64,000 nt of DNA from assembly GCA_013239625.1 (NCBI GenBank), contig MU056029.1, positions 124,001 to 188,000 on the forward strand. The letters are read 5' to 3'. The notes below the pieces were generated by a model. That model searched no databases. It was not told the DNA's origin and saw nothing but the letters and a program-made list of their open reading frames with translations. Positions 1 through 13,640 of this stretch are shown here, piece by piece; the first letter of the stretch is position 1, and each line of letters starts with the position of its first letter. The stretch is from Lama guanicoe (taxonomy: Eukaryota). Made by a program: the position numbers and the translations under genes.

Positions 1-1319
1 AATGCAGTAACTTTCCCTAGTGAGAATGTAAATAGGTATGAATTTCCTTTATGGAGGAAAATTATGAACAGGTATCAAAAGTCTTAAAAATGAAACAGAG
101 GATGAACCATACAAATCAAAGATGCCGTTTTGGGGAGATAATATGACAATTTTGTAAAAATGTTCTGTTTCTATAAAATCTGGAAAAAACTGACATGCCC
201 AACAATAGGAGATTAAATGAACTGATAACCATTCACACAATGGAATAACTAAAAATTATCAAGCTCTGAATGTGGCAGACATCATTAATTGATCTTTTAA
301 TTGTAAGTCAGTTACAATGTAGTAAGTGTAGTTAGAAGCCGTTTTTATTTCAAAGTGTTAGTAGTCATTTTCTCTGAATAATGTGATTAAATGGGTTTTT
401 AAAATTATTCTATCACTTTGCTTCTGATTTATTTTTCTATAATACATTACTTATATATTAAAATTAAGGAATAGGGAAGAGGAAAATGTTAGTGGTTTTA
501 AAACTTCATACACGTGATTTGAATAGCCTCAAGATTACTAAACTGTCCTTATGGTTTTTTAAAAATTAATTTTAAGAACCGAAATACTAAAACAGTCTAG
601 CTGTTTTTCTTAATGTCAGGTTTTGTCTTAAAAACACCACCAAATAAACAAAACCAAAAAATTGCAGTCATATACATAATGCTTCTGGCATGTAATGCAT
701 AAAGAAGTGTGAACAGGAAAAACAGGACAAGACCAAGAAATGAAAGACCAGCTTTAAGCCTCAAAGCAGCTGTACAATCTGAACCAGCAATTCCCCAGGG
801 CTCAGCTTCCCATCTTTAAGCCTCCGTTCAGTTCTAAGTCTGCAACAGGGAGGTGAGCAAGGAAGGAACTAGCATTTGCTGAATGTCTGGTAATACAGTG
901 GACACATCTAGGCACTTTGACACAGGTCATCTCCTTTGAGTCCCATGACTCTGAGGATTATCTTCACACAGCCCAAAAAGGAGACAGAACTGAGAGTCAA
1001 ATCATGTATCCAAGGTCACACAAAGGAAAGTAAGGAACTAGGGTAAGAGTAGGAGTCCAGAGAAGACCTCTGGTTTCAGAGTCTAAGTTGTTTCCATGAC
1101 ATTGTCTTACAGAAGGTGATACATTTCAAAATTCTTAACAAGGGTAGTACGAAAAAACTTCATGGAAAAAGTCCCATAAATAATGTGTATTGAGGAACAG
1201 GTAGCACTATACTCTGCAAAGTTAATACATCTATAATTTGTTGAGGACCTATGTGCTAGGCACTTTACAGACATTCTCACTTTGGAAGGTGGTAAACCCT
1301 TCTAACGATTACAAGTTAA

Positions 1320-1560
1320 AAGCTCACACTCTGAGGCCAGACTGCCCAAGTTCACATGCTGGTTCTGCCACATAGTAACTATGTGACCTTGGATGAGTTT
1401 ACTTAAATCTCCCTGGGTCTGTTTCCTCATCTTAAAAATGATGGTGTATGTAAGAATGATTATGGCTGCGAGAGAGTTAAATGAGTTTTTATGTATACAC
1501 ACACACACAGTGCTTAGGACATAGGATGACACACAGTAAGCACTATGTGTTAGCCAGTAT
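1320..1560 (+). mobile_element. MIR SINE
   Basis: Core tgtgaccttggatgagtttacttaaatctccctgggtctgtttcctcatcttaaaaatg. Confidence 0.85.
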
Positions 1561-2027
1561 CATTACTGTTACAACTGTTACTACCATCCTCACAAGTCTA
1601 TGAATTAGCAGCATTAATCCTCACTCTGCTGATGCTCAGAGCAGTCACGTAACAAACCACACATCTAGTTAGAGAGTTGAACCCAAGTTTGACTCCAAAA
1701 CTTGGGCTTTTAATACCATTGAGGGTACATTTAACATAAGAGTAGGCCCTCTATTTGATCTGCTTCTCTGCACCAAGACTTAGATGTAGTAGCTAGACTG
1801 CTGAAACCGGACTGAAAGGAAGCCATTGCCAGAACCTCCATGTTACCAGTGCAATCACCCACGACCAGCAGTTTTCTTCTTTCCAATGACACCTTGGATT
1901 ACCTGCGTACAATTCTGTATCTCCATCTAATTTAGAGCATATAAAAAAGCCTCTAAGTTGGGAATGTGTACACTAATAATGACATTCTAGTAAATGACTG
2001 GTACAAAATTAATACCTATACACTAAA

Positions 2028-2348
2028 AGCTGCCAAATCATAGCTCATGGATCAAATCTAGCAAGGAAGCTGTTCTTTATAGCTTGCAAGCAAAGAATGA
2101 TTTTTGCAATTTTAAATAGTTGAAAGAGTCTGTAAAAGAACAGTATTTGTGACACATAAAAATTTCGCGAGACTTAAATTTCAGTGTCCACAAAGTCTTA
2201 TTAGAACATAGCCAAGTCCATTCACTTACATACTGTCTACTGTTTCCACACTACAACAGCAGAGTTGAGTGGTTTAACAGACGGTACAGCCTGCAGAGCC
2301 TAAAATAAATACCACCTGGCCTTCACAGAAAAAACTTCCCAACTCTTA
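2028..2348 (+). mobile_element. MER58B-like hAT-Charlie DNA transposon fossil
   Basis: Diagnostic ends (gctgccaaatcatagctcatggatcaaatctagc...gcctaaaataaataccacctggccttcacagaaaaaacttcccaactc). Confidence 0.7.
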
Positions 2349-5004
2349 ATTTAGACTGTGCTTTCTGCCCTCCAGTGACACTTTCATCCAATCACATGGC
2401 CTTCTCACTCTTTCTTTTCCCTCAGCAAATCAGTGCAGTAAAATGTATAACTTTCCCCAAGTACGAATTTTTTTAAAAAGAAAGAGGAAAAAAGAAAGGT
2501 AAAGAAGGGATGAGGAGGAGAGAAGAAGAAAAGAAAATGAGATAGAAAAATGGAAAGAAATGAAGGGAGGCCTTTTCCCTACTGGGTCCCTTTAGTGACA
2601 CCTTACCTGCCATTCAAAACTATCAGAAGAGGGGCTGTGGCTTACTTTCTATAATTTCCTCACACCTCACTGACTTTTCTTCTATTCAAAAAACAAACCA
2701 AATACTTTATAATGTATTATTTTTTTAAAAGGAGGATCTTTCTCTTATCAAGGGCATGTCAAGCGAGACCTTCTAGTGAGAGAAAACTCAATGCCCTTCA
2801 GATTACTTACACATTTAAAATAGACAATACTTTCCACTGATTTCTTTTATTTCCATGACTGAATTGCTGAGACAGCCCTACAAATAAATGTTCTATGGGA
2901 TAAATCAAATATGGAGGGCCAGGGTTACTCTAGAAACTGGCAGAAGTCTTTTAAAAAATGGCTTCACCTCAGGGGAAAGTGTACTGACATCAGCAGTCAA
3001 CTTGGAAACGTACAGGCAAAAAGCCGGACTGATGAAGAGGAGGGCTATGTGATCAAGCAGTGTAAATACAAAAGGCAAAGTCTAGATGACAGGCCCACAG
3101 CATCAACTGTCGAAGTCTTCCAGCTTTCCTACATGTTTGGAAGTTTTCAAAATAAAACACTGTGGGGAAAACACTGTTTCCACAATGTAACTTCCTAGAG
3201 AGTAGATCAGATGACAGAGGAAATGGTTTCAGCCACCAGTGGCAGAAAAAGGAAAATCAATTCAGTATCATCAATGGCACTATTACCACATCTGTTGACT
3301 TTAAATCTGTTTTTGGAAGTCTAGTACTTAATTAAAATACAAACAAACAAAACCCTATAATGATAAAAACAAGAGTTATATGCTGACCATACTATAAACA
3401 GCAGCTTAATTTGTTCATCAAGGAAACAAATATTAGGAAAGTTTGTTTAATGTTCCTAAACCAATGGCAAACCACTGGAGTTAGAACCACTGAAATGGCT
3501 GCCAACAATGTAAGAGATAGAACTTGAAACAGATCTTAAACTGAACTTAACAGACAGTTGGGAAATCAACAATGAACACAAGTAAGACGAAGAAATAAAA
3601 AGAGCAACTGTCAGAAAGTGAAGACACATCAGTGAACAATGAGCAAATAAGACTGGAATGACTGGAATTAGAATTAAAAACAATAGAACACAGAAGAAAA
3701 AGTAACTGTGACATGCAACATAAAACCAGTAGATGAAGTACCGAATAATAAAAGGAGATAAAAAGGCAAAGATCAAAAGAACATGTGAATGCTAAGTAGA
3801 AGGACTTTAACTGAAAATGAAGATGTGAGGAATCAAGGAGCCACAGATAAAACATAAAGGGCCCAAGACTTGTATGATCAGTCTGTGAAGCTTATAATCC
3901 CTGCCTACTCGTCCTGAAGGTAAGCGGAAAGACTTTGTTTCTTCTAGGATGTTGGCCTTCGTAAACACTCCACTCCCCCTCCCCCAAAGTTTTATTTAAT
4001 GTAAAAAAACTTGTAAGAATGATCAATGGTATATCCTACATAGTATTAGGCCTTACAGAAATAGATCTCAAAAAAAACAGATTTAAGGTTAGGTCTGTTA
4101 CAATGGAACTGAGTGAATTATTAGATTATTTCAATTGTGAACTCATTATTACCATGATCCAATCAACCAGACAATAACTATAAAACAGGAAAGTGTTTGT
4201 GAAAACTTTATTTAAATTGATATATTTTACTGTTAGAAATATGTTTACTGTAACAATAACCCAAGTATTCTTTTACTGACCTTTATAATCTCAATGCCCA
4301 GGGAGTTTGTTACATAGTGTACACAAAAATTGCACATCTAAACATTTACATAAAATTATTCACCTTTAAAAAACTTTTTGTTTTTTAGAAATGTCACATT
4401 TTAGAGTGAAGTATAATAAACAAAAAACAAAACATAAACACCCACCTCCCTCCAATCAAGAACTGAAAGGGAAAGGAATACAAAGTACACGTTAGCATTA
4501 ATGTAGAGCAACTACCAATTCTCTGTGATGATCTTGAAATATGGTCTTTGATTTTTAATTCTGATTCAAAGATAATCAAGACAAAATGTATTCCTTGACT
4601 AATTACACACTTGAGTGTCTACCATGAACCACGCAACAGACTGTAAATTCTGTGATAAAGAGACAGTTGGCTGGCCAGATTTTGCATTCTAGATATTTGG
4701 ATCACTCTTATAAAATCATCTTTTTTACAGGGTTTAGGAAGCTGAGAAAACTCTGGGGTTGCTACAAAACTTAATAGTTTTAATATATATTGTTGAGAAA
4801 CACGTTGAGTTCTTTCTGTGTTTGGGTAAGAAAATCCTTAAAACTGATCTTTGAATTTATCTTAAAGATTATTTAATACACATCAAAATTAGCTTTTTAT
4901 AGGTGATATAGTAAGCCTGTAGGTATATTCCTTCTAGCATATGGATTGTCGAATCACTAAATTTATCTGAACAAAGATTAATAAGCTAACCCACTAACCA
5001 GAAG

Positions 5005-7612
5005 TAACTTCAGCAAGACGGAGGAACAAGAAGCACCAGAACTCACTCCCCCACAGAAACACTGACGTACACGTGGTCCCAAAAGTCTTTATGAGGGCAT
5101 CAAGACCAGTTAGAAAGCTTCAGTACCCCAGGTAAGCTGAAAGCCCAAACCAGCAAGGCACGCGTAAGAAAACTGTCTCCTGTCAATTGCTTCAGCCTCT
5201 CCCCAAGTTGGCACAGTCCACAATAGTGATGAGAAGCCCAATTTGCAGCTTCACCCTTGGAAACAAGAGAGAATAATGTCCAACATTTCAGTTTTTTGAG
5301 GGAGTTGCCCAAGGTACTAGTTTCTGTCTTGCCTAACTCAAGAGAACTGAAGGAACCAGCATACACTGGATGCCCAAGGGTTCCAGAAAACAAAAAACAG
5401 TTCCCTGGTTTGCTGTAGCCCCAGAGAACATTAAGTGCCACAAAAAGACAAAAGAGAGGGCAAAAGACTATAAACTCTTGAAAAAGAAACCAATAAATCT
5501 CTTCAACTGGGAAATTAAAAGCACAAGTGTCCAGACAAGATAAACCCCTTAAAAGGTTTTAGAGGGACCAGAAATCTCTAGCTAGGTTAAATGATGGTGA
5601 TCTTCCCCTCTATGAAGCTAGTCCCTAAAGACTGGGAGAGTAGCTGTTTTACAAATGGAAAATCCACAGCAACAAAACAAAGCACATGAAAAACAAGAAT
5701 CACGACCCAGTCAAAGAACAAAATGAAGTTCTAGAAAATGACCTTAGGGAAACTGAGACCTATGAATTACCTGACAAAAGATTCAACTTAATTGCCTTAA
5801 GGAGACTCGCCTTACTACAAGAAAACACAGAGAAAACTAGATGAAATCATGGTGCATGAACAGGATGAGAATACCCACAAAGAGAAATATTAAAAAAAGA
5901 AGCAAGAACTCTGGAGTTGAAGAATATAATAAGTGAACTGAAAAATTTACAAGAGGGGGTCAATAGGAGTCTTGATCAAGCAGAAAAAAAGAACGAATGA
6001 ACTCAAAAGGGGAGTCATTAGAAATTCCTGAGTCAGAGGAAAAAAAGAAAAAAAAAAAAGGAAAAGTGAAGAGAGCCTAAGAAGATTTATGGGACATCAT
6101 CAAGCTGACCAGGGTATGCGTTAGGGGAATACAAGCAGAAGAGAGAATGAGGCATATGCAGCTTATTTGAAAACCTAATGGCCACACTTACTTCCCAGAT
6201 CTGAGGAAGAAACTGAACATCTAATTTTAAGAGGCTCAAAGGACTCCACCTAGGATGAACCCAAAGAGGCCCACACTAAGATGCATTATAATCAAACTGT
6301 CCGAAGTCAAAGACAGAAGAGATTCCTGAAAGCAACCAAAAGGGAAACAACTGGCCACGTCTGAGGAAACTACCGTTAAACTAAGAGCAGATTTCTCACC
6401 AGAAACCTTATAGGCCAGAAAGGAGTGAGGTGACATATTCACAGTGCTGGAAAAAAAAATTACTGCCAACTGAAAACACTATTATCTGGCAAAACTGACT
6501 TTAAAAATGAAGGACAAATAAAGACTTAGCATAAACAAAAGCTGAGATAGTTCACCATCACTGAAACTTCCTTAGAAGAAATGCAAAAAGGAGTCCTATA
6601 ACTTCAGACGAAAGATGACAGACACCACCACAAAAGCATACAAACATGTACAGCTCCCTGGTAAAGATAAACTTACAGACAAGTACAGAATCCTGTAATA
6701 CTGTAATGGTGGCGAGTAAGTCACTTTTAATTCACAGGGATTAAAAGATAAAAACATTTTTTAAAAACTCATCTACATGTTGATGGATACAAAATATAAA
6801 AAGGTGTGATTTGTCTCATCAATAACATAAAGGAGGGGAGAGATGTAAGGAAGTAAAATCTCTGTAACTGAAATTGTTATCAGTTAAAAATACATCATTA
6901 CAACTATAAGACTTTATGTAATTTCTATGGTAACCACAAAAAAATACCTATAGAAAGATGCACAAAAGAATCAACATACCACGACCAAAAAAAAATCAAC
7001 AAAACACAGTGGAAGACAGAACGGGGGGGGGGGGAATATTAAGCCCTTTCCTATCAGTACTTACTTTAAATATAAATGGATTAAAAGCCCCCAATCAAAA
7101 GGCATAGAGTGGCTCAATGGATTAAAAAAAAAAGTCTCAACTATACGCTGTCTATGAGAATTACTTTAGATATAAGGACATAAAACAAGCTGAAAGTGAA
7201 AGAATGGAAAAAGATATCCTGTGCAAATGATAACCAAACAAGAACAGGCATAGCCAAGTGTGTATCAGAAAAAATAGCCTTTAAGTCAAAAACTGTCGTA
7301 AGAAAAAAGCACACATTATATAATAACAAAAGCATCAATTCACCAAAAAGATATTACAATTATAAATATACATGCAGGTAACAGCACAGCACCAAAATAT
7401 GTTAAGCAAACACTGACAGAACCAAAGGGAGAAATAGTAACGTAATTACAGGAGGACATTTCAGTACCTCACTTTCAGTAATGTGTATCTCAATCAGACA
7501 GAAAAATCACTTAGGAAACAGAGGACTTGAACACCATACTAGGCCAAACGGACCTAAAAGACAAATAAACAACACCCCACACAACAGCAGAATACAGATT
7601 TTTCTCAAAATG
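5005..7612 (+). mobile_element. Old LINE-1: 5'UTR, decayed ORF1 and start of ORF2 endonuclease; 3' truncated
   Basis: ORF1 motifs (cccacactaagatgcattataatcaaact; agcagatttctcaccagaaacc). ORF2 start resembling ITLNVNGLNAPIKRHRVAEWI at about 7050-7125. Many frameshifts. Confidence 0.9.
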
Positions 7613-7654
7613 TGTATTTTTTTCTTATTCTACTTAAATAGAATATAGGTTTAT

Positions 7655-8160
7655 ACGATGCTTTGTGATAGAAAAGTGGACAGGATCATGTCACTTCTAT
7701 GCCTAACACCTTTCATTAGTTCCTATGTCTATCAGAAGAAAACCAAGGGCTTTTCAGCAGTGTCAAGGCCTTTCACTATATGGTTCTGGCTTTTTGTTTC
7801 CAGATACATTTTTCAGCACATCTATTTCCCAATTCTGTATCCCAGTAATACTGAGCTTCCTACGGTTCAGAGGGTTTGTTCTGCTGTCTTCCTTGGCTCT
7901 AGGTCTGAGAAGTTTCTCCTCCTGCCTAGAACGCTGTGATCTCTGTAACTTATACCCAATCATCCTCAAAGATTTAGCTTAGGTATCATTTCTAAGATCA
8001 TGATGGCTGCTCCCACAGTATCCTGTACCTGCTCTCAGTACACCTTTTTATTACAGCCTATTAACTGCACAGTAAGCTCCCTGAGTAACATGATTTAATA
8101 ACTTATTTACAGTTATGTTCTTAGAACCTAGCAAATTTCAGAGCCTCAATGAAGATTCTT
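7655..8160 (+). mobile_element. L2 LINE 3' fragment
   Basis: gatcatgtcacttctatgcctaacacctttca...; L2-like 3' end. Confidence 0.6.
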
Positions 8161-8544
8161 CAATTTCTCTCCCAGTATTATTTAGATAAGAGTGTCAATT
8201 AATCTTACCTTTTTCTAGTACTTAACCATGAAAGGAAACAGATGTCAGGATACCTCTCAGTTTCTTAGCTATATCAGAAGCATACAAAAGAATATGCAAA
8301 GGCTCAATCTGGAGAACAAGAACATGGTATCAGAACCTGCAGGAGAGGATCTTGAAAAGAGAAGAGCTATCTTTATTTGACTGAAGATATTTGTATCTGT
8401 TACTTCAGAATGTATTTTGAGATGTTATTTAATCCTTAAATGCTTTTAAACACATGTAAATATATTTAAGTTTTAAGTCATATAGAAATATTTTCTCCCA
8501 CTCCATACAGAAAATAGTATCCAAACTATATCTCAACTTCTAAT

Positions 8545-11500
8545 TTCTGGTTCCACACATAAGGAGCTGGGAAGTCACTACTCCAATCCAGTAACAAGTA
8601 AAAGGCTGAAGAGACTAAAAAATTAACAACTCCTCCTGGATCCCTAAGGGAGGAACATAAGCAAACTGTTGCCTCTAAGGTCGCTGCTTACTGAAGCAGT
8701 TTCACAAGCAGGAAACTGTGACAGGATGGAAAAACCCACACTGTACTGACAAATTCTTAGACGCTCAGCATAGGGAAGATTATAGAGTTAAAAACTCTAG
8801 GGGCACCCAGTCTTAGGGGAGCCCCCACAATTTTTGTGAGACTTACCCAAGAAAGCTGACCAGGTTCTCACAGCAAGTCCTGGGAAAAATCCCCTCCTGT
8901 TTTCACAGCAGCGAGGGGAAAAGGGAACCACACTGAGGCACACTAGAGCCCTTTGCTCCTCTTGACAAGGACGTCCTTGGGCGAAACTAGTTTATCAGAG
9001 CCTAACCTACTGGGATATTATCCAACGCTTTCTTTCCCCTTACATCTCACCATCACATCACTGAAGGCCTATTTACATCAATTCCAGCTATTATGTCCAG
9101 CTAATTAAGAAAAAATTATGAAGCATTCTAAAAGGCAAAAAGCACTATTATCAAAGACAGAGCAAGCCTAAGAACTAGACATGCCAGGGATATTGTAATT
9201 ATCAAACCAGCAATGTAAACCACATTGATTAATATACTAAGAGTTTTAATGGATAAAGCAGATAGCATGTAAGAACAGATTAAAATGTGAGCAGAGAGAT
9301 GGGTATCCTAAGAAAGAACCAAAAAAAAAAAAAGAGAGAGAGAGAGAGAGATATCAAAAAAGACTATAATAGAAAGAAAAAAATGTCTCTGATGGGCTTA
9401 ACAGTGAACTGGAAACAACTGAGGAAAGAATCCCTGAATCTGAAGATGTTATCAACAGAAACATCAAAAACTGAAAAGCAAAGAGAACAAAGACTAACAA
9501 ACATAGAACTGGCTATCCAAGGACTGAGGGACAACTATAAAAAGTGTAACACACATAATGGAAATACTAGAAAAAGAAAGGATCACCAGAAATATTTGAA
9601 ACAATGACTGAAAATGTCCCCAAATTAATATCAGACTTAAACCACAGATTCAGGAAGCTCAGAAAACACCAAGCAGGATAAATGCTCCCTCAAACCCTAT
9701 ACTTAGGCATATCATTTTCAAACTATGGATAATTACAGATAAAAGAAAAAATTCTAAAAAAAAAAAAAAACTCGGGAGGAAAACAACTTGTTTACAGAAG
9801 ATCAAAAATAAGAAATGTATCTAACGTCTCAGAAACCACAAGGAGTAAAATGAAATACTTAAGAGTACTGAGGAAAAAAAGAAAAGAAAGAAAACCCAGC
9901 AACCTAGAATTCTGTATCCTGTGAAATTATTCAAGAGTGAAGGAGAAATAAAGACTCTTTCAAGCAAATAAAACTTGTCAGTAGGCCTGCCTTGTAAGAA
10001 ATGTTAAAGGTTTTTTAGAGAAGGGAAATGACAAAGATCAGAAACTCAAATTTACATAAAGAAAGGAAGAGCACTAAAAAGGAATAAGTGAGAAGTAAAA
10101 TAAAAATGTTTATTGTTCTTAATTGAAATAGCATATAAGTTTGTTCAAAATAACAGCAACTATGTATTTGGTTACGAATACTTACATGTATGTGTACACA
10201 TGCTTATGTATAAGTAAAATGAATGACTGCAGAGGTAGGAGGGAGATATTAGGGTAATCTCGTTATAAACTACTCACACTCCCTGTGACTTGACATAGTC
10301 CCTCTGACGTGATACAGATTTATTTGAAAGCGGACTAGGATTAAATATAAATGCAAACTGCAAATTCTATATCCACTGAAAAAAGTTAAAATGTAGGATA
10401 ACTGATATGCTAACAAAGGAGAAAAAAATGGCATCATATAATATACTCAAGTAAAACCACAAAAGGCAGAAAAAGAATAGAAGAACTAAATAGGAACAAA
10501 AAACAAAAGCAACACATAGAAAACAGTAGCAAACATGTTAAATATTAGCCCAACTATATCAATAATCAATTCAAACATCAATGGTCTCAACGCACCTATT
10601 AAAAGACAGAGATTGTCAGAGTGGATCAAAAAACTAGATCCAACTATATGTTGTCTACACTCCAAATATAAGTAGAAAAAAAAACCATAAATACAAAACA
10701 GAAACAGACTCATAGACACAGAATACAAACTTGTGGTTGCCAAGGGGGTGAGGGGTGGGAAAGGAAAGACTGGGATTTCAAAATGTAGAATAGATAAACA
10801 AGATTGTACTGTATAGCACAGGGAAATATATACAAGATCTTATGGTAGCTCACAGAGAAAAAAATGTGACAACGAATATATATATGTTCATGTATAACTG
10901 AAAAACTGCTCTACACTGGAAATTTGACACAACATTGTAAAATGATTATAACTCAATAAAAAATGTTAAAAATAAATAAATATAGAAAAAAATATGTACC
11001 ATGCTAACAATAATCAAAAGAAAGCAAGAGTAGCTATATTAATTTCAGCTAGCAAACTTCAAAGCAAAGTCAGTTATCAGGGTTAAAAAAGGGCATTACA
11101 AAATGATAAATGGTACCAAGATACCACCATCCTTAATATGCATGCCACTAACAACAGAGCATCAAATTACATGAGGCAAACAGTGATAGAACTGCAAGGA
11201 AAAATAGATGAATCCACTGTTACAGCTGGAGGCTTCAAAACCCCTCTATCAGGAATGGGCAGATCTAGCAGGCAGAAAATCATTAAGGACACAGTTAGAA
11301 TCAATAGCACCATCACTCAACTGGGTATAACTGACATCTCTGGACTACCTCATCCAACAACAGCAGATTACACATTTTTCCCAAGCTCACATGGAACATT
11401 CACCAAGACAGACCCACATTTTGGGCCATAGAACACACCTTAACAAACTTAAAAGAATGTCTACTCTCAGACACAATGGAATTAAACAGTAACAGAAATA

Positions 11501-12230
11501 CACCTGGAAATCTCAAAACATGTGGAGATTAAAAAACATTATTTCTAAATAATAAGTCAAAGAAAAAAATCGCAAAAGGAACTAAAAAATATTTTGAACT
11601 AATAAACACAACTTATCAAAATTTGTGGGATGCAGTGAGAAAGCAACTTGTAACACTGAATGCATTCATTAGAAAAGATCTAAAATCAATCATCTAAGCC
11701 CCCACCTAGAAAAAAAGCAAATTACATCCAGAGTAAGCAGAAGAAATAATAAAAGAGCAGAAATCAATAGAACTGAAAAAAAGGAAATCAACAGAGAAAA
11801 ATCAACAAGTCAAAAGCTGGTTCTCCGAACAGATCAATAATAAAATCGGTAATCCTCTAGCCAGGCTGATTAAGGAAATGAGAGGGAACACAAATTACTA
11901 ACATCAGAAATGAAAGAGGGCACATTGTTACAGATCACATGGGCATTAAAGGAATAATAAAGAAATTACTATAAACAAATCTATGCTCACAAATTTGATC
12001 ACCTAAATGTATGGACCAATTCCTTGAAAGACAATTTGCCAAAATTCACAAGAAGAAATAGACAACCTGAATGGCCCTGTATCTATTAAAGATATTAAAT
12101 CAATTTTAAAAATTCTAAAAAATAACCTTCCAAAACAGAAAGCACCACCACCAGATGCGTTCACTGGTGAATTTCACCAAAAATGTAAGGATGAAATTAT
12201 ACCAATTCTCTACAATCTCTTTCAGAGGAC
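8545..12230 (+). mobile_element. Old LINE-1 (L1M class) 5' region, ORF1 and ORF2 remnants
   Basis: ORF track 11138-11431 gives an L1 endonuclease-like peptide (…YTFFPSSHGTFTKTDPH). Ends at the RT-proximal ccagatgcgttcactggtgaattt…ctctacaatctctttcag. Confidence 0.9.
10683..10982 (+). mobile_element. Younger artiodactyl-type L1 3' end nested in the older L1
   Basis: gtatagcacagggaaatata...ctcaataaaaaa tail; flanked by a tagaaaaaaa direct repeat; same family as 41660-41904. Confidence 0.85.
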
Positions 12231-12366
12231 ATAAGCTATACTGCCAGTCTATGCTAATAAAAGGCTTACCTCTCCTATCAAATGATACAATGCATGTGCA
12301 GTACTAAACACAATGGCTTGTCATACAGTAGGTGCTCAAGAAGATGTCAGGTATCATTACACAAGT

Positions 12367-12367
<1 letters not shown>

Positions 12368-12432
<65 letters not shown>

Positions 12433-12490
12433 TATATATATATATGTATATATGTATATATATATATATATGTATATATAGTTCATATAT
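12368..12490. repeat. Compound (TG)n/(TA)n microsatellite
   Basis: Seen directly. Confidence 0.98.
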
Positions 12491-12595
12491 AAATAAACTG
12501 TTAAGTGTATCAGATCCGATATGATCCCTGAAAATTCTCCTACATTTCTGCAAGGGAACTGAAAAGTAAAAATAAACATTTTACATAAATGTAGT

Positions 12596-13640
12596 AATTT
12601 CATTCTTTCATACAATAGGTATTTACTGACTACCTTTTGTATGGCAGGCACTCTCATGAGGCTTCCATGCTAGTATTAAATAAGCCAGAAAACAAAGAAA
12701 TCAATATGAAACCAGTAAAATGGTATTAAATCCCATGAAGTACAGTAAGGGGAATGGGGAAGACAGAACACATCCACTCTTTGATGAAAGTTGGTCAAGG
12801 AAGGCCTCCCTGGTAAGGCATCATTTAAGAGCTCTGAAGCAATTGAGAAAAGAAGCCATGTGGATATCACAGAGGAGGGTCACCGAAAATAGGCACAAGT
12901 CTTAAGAACACCAAATGTAAGGGCAAGAGCATAAAGCCAACGTAGACAAAGATGGGCAAGACAAAATGGAAAGGTCACAGAAGTAAAAGGAAGCTCATAA
13001 AGGGCCTTGTAGACCTTTTGATTTTACTTTGAAAGAGATGGGAAGCCTTTGAAAGGTTTTGAGCATACATAACCCAGCTTAACTTCCATCTTAAAAAGAT
13101 CACTCTGGCTGTTACATAGAAAACACATTGTAAGGGGGTAAGGATGGAAGCAGCAAGACTACTGGGGAAAAATTTCATTCTTTTGGCAAAAGATGATAGC
13201 TTTAATCAGCAATTGAGAAAGGAGTAGTAGAGGTGGAAATGGTGTTGTTTTTTTTAAGTTGTTGAATTATCAGTATTTTAAAGGTAGAGTCAATAGGATT
13301 AGCTGCTAACATTACTGAGACAAAGAGAAATCAAGGGTGCTTCCAAAGTTTTGGATAAACGACAAGATAAAAAAAGAGTTGCTACTGATTAAGATGGCAA
13401 AAAAAGACTACAAGAGAAGTAGAGCTGAGAGGACAAAAAACAAGAGCTCCATTTTATTTTGGATTTACATCTGAGACTCAGACACACTGGGTACCTGAGT
13501 GTACAATTCAGACTCATGCCGGAGTTGGAGATGAAACTGCACAAGTGGTCAGAGTGTATGTGGTAAAGCTCTCACCGAGAAAGAACAGGCAATGGTTGCC
13601 TGAAGACTGCATCCTGGGTCATTCCAACATTCAGAAAAAA
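12596..13640 (-). mobile_element. L2 LINE
   Basis: Starts with the reverse complement of the L2 tail (cattctttcatacaataggtatttactgac); contains aaagatcactctggctg. Confidence 0.8.

Noticed and set aside
11138..11431. ORF with endonuclease-like peptide, and similar ORFs at 7196, 32995, 62571 and 63052
   Set aside because: Fragments of decayed L1 ORF2; no intact element
12282..12657. ORFs rich in YI/HT/CV repeats
   Set aside because: Translations of the TA/TG microsatellite
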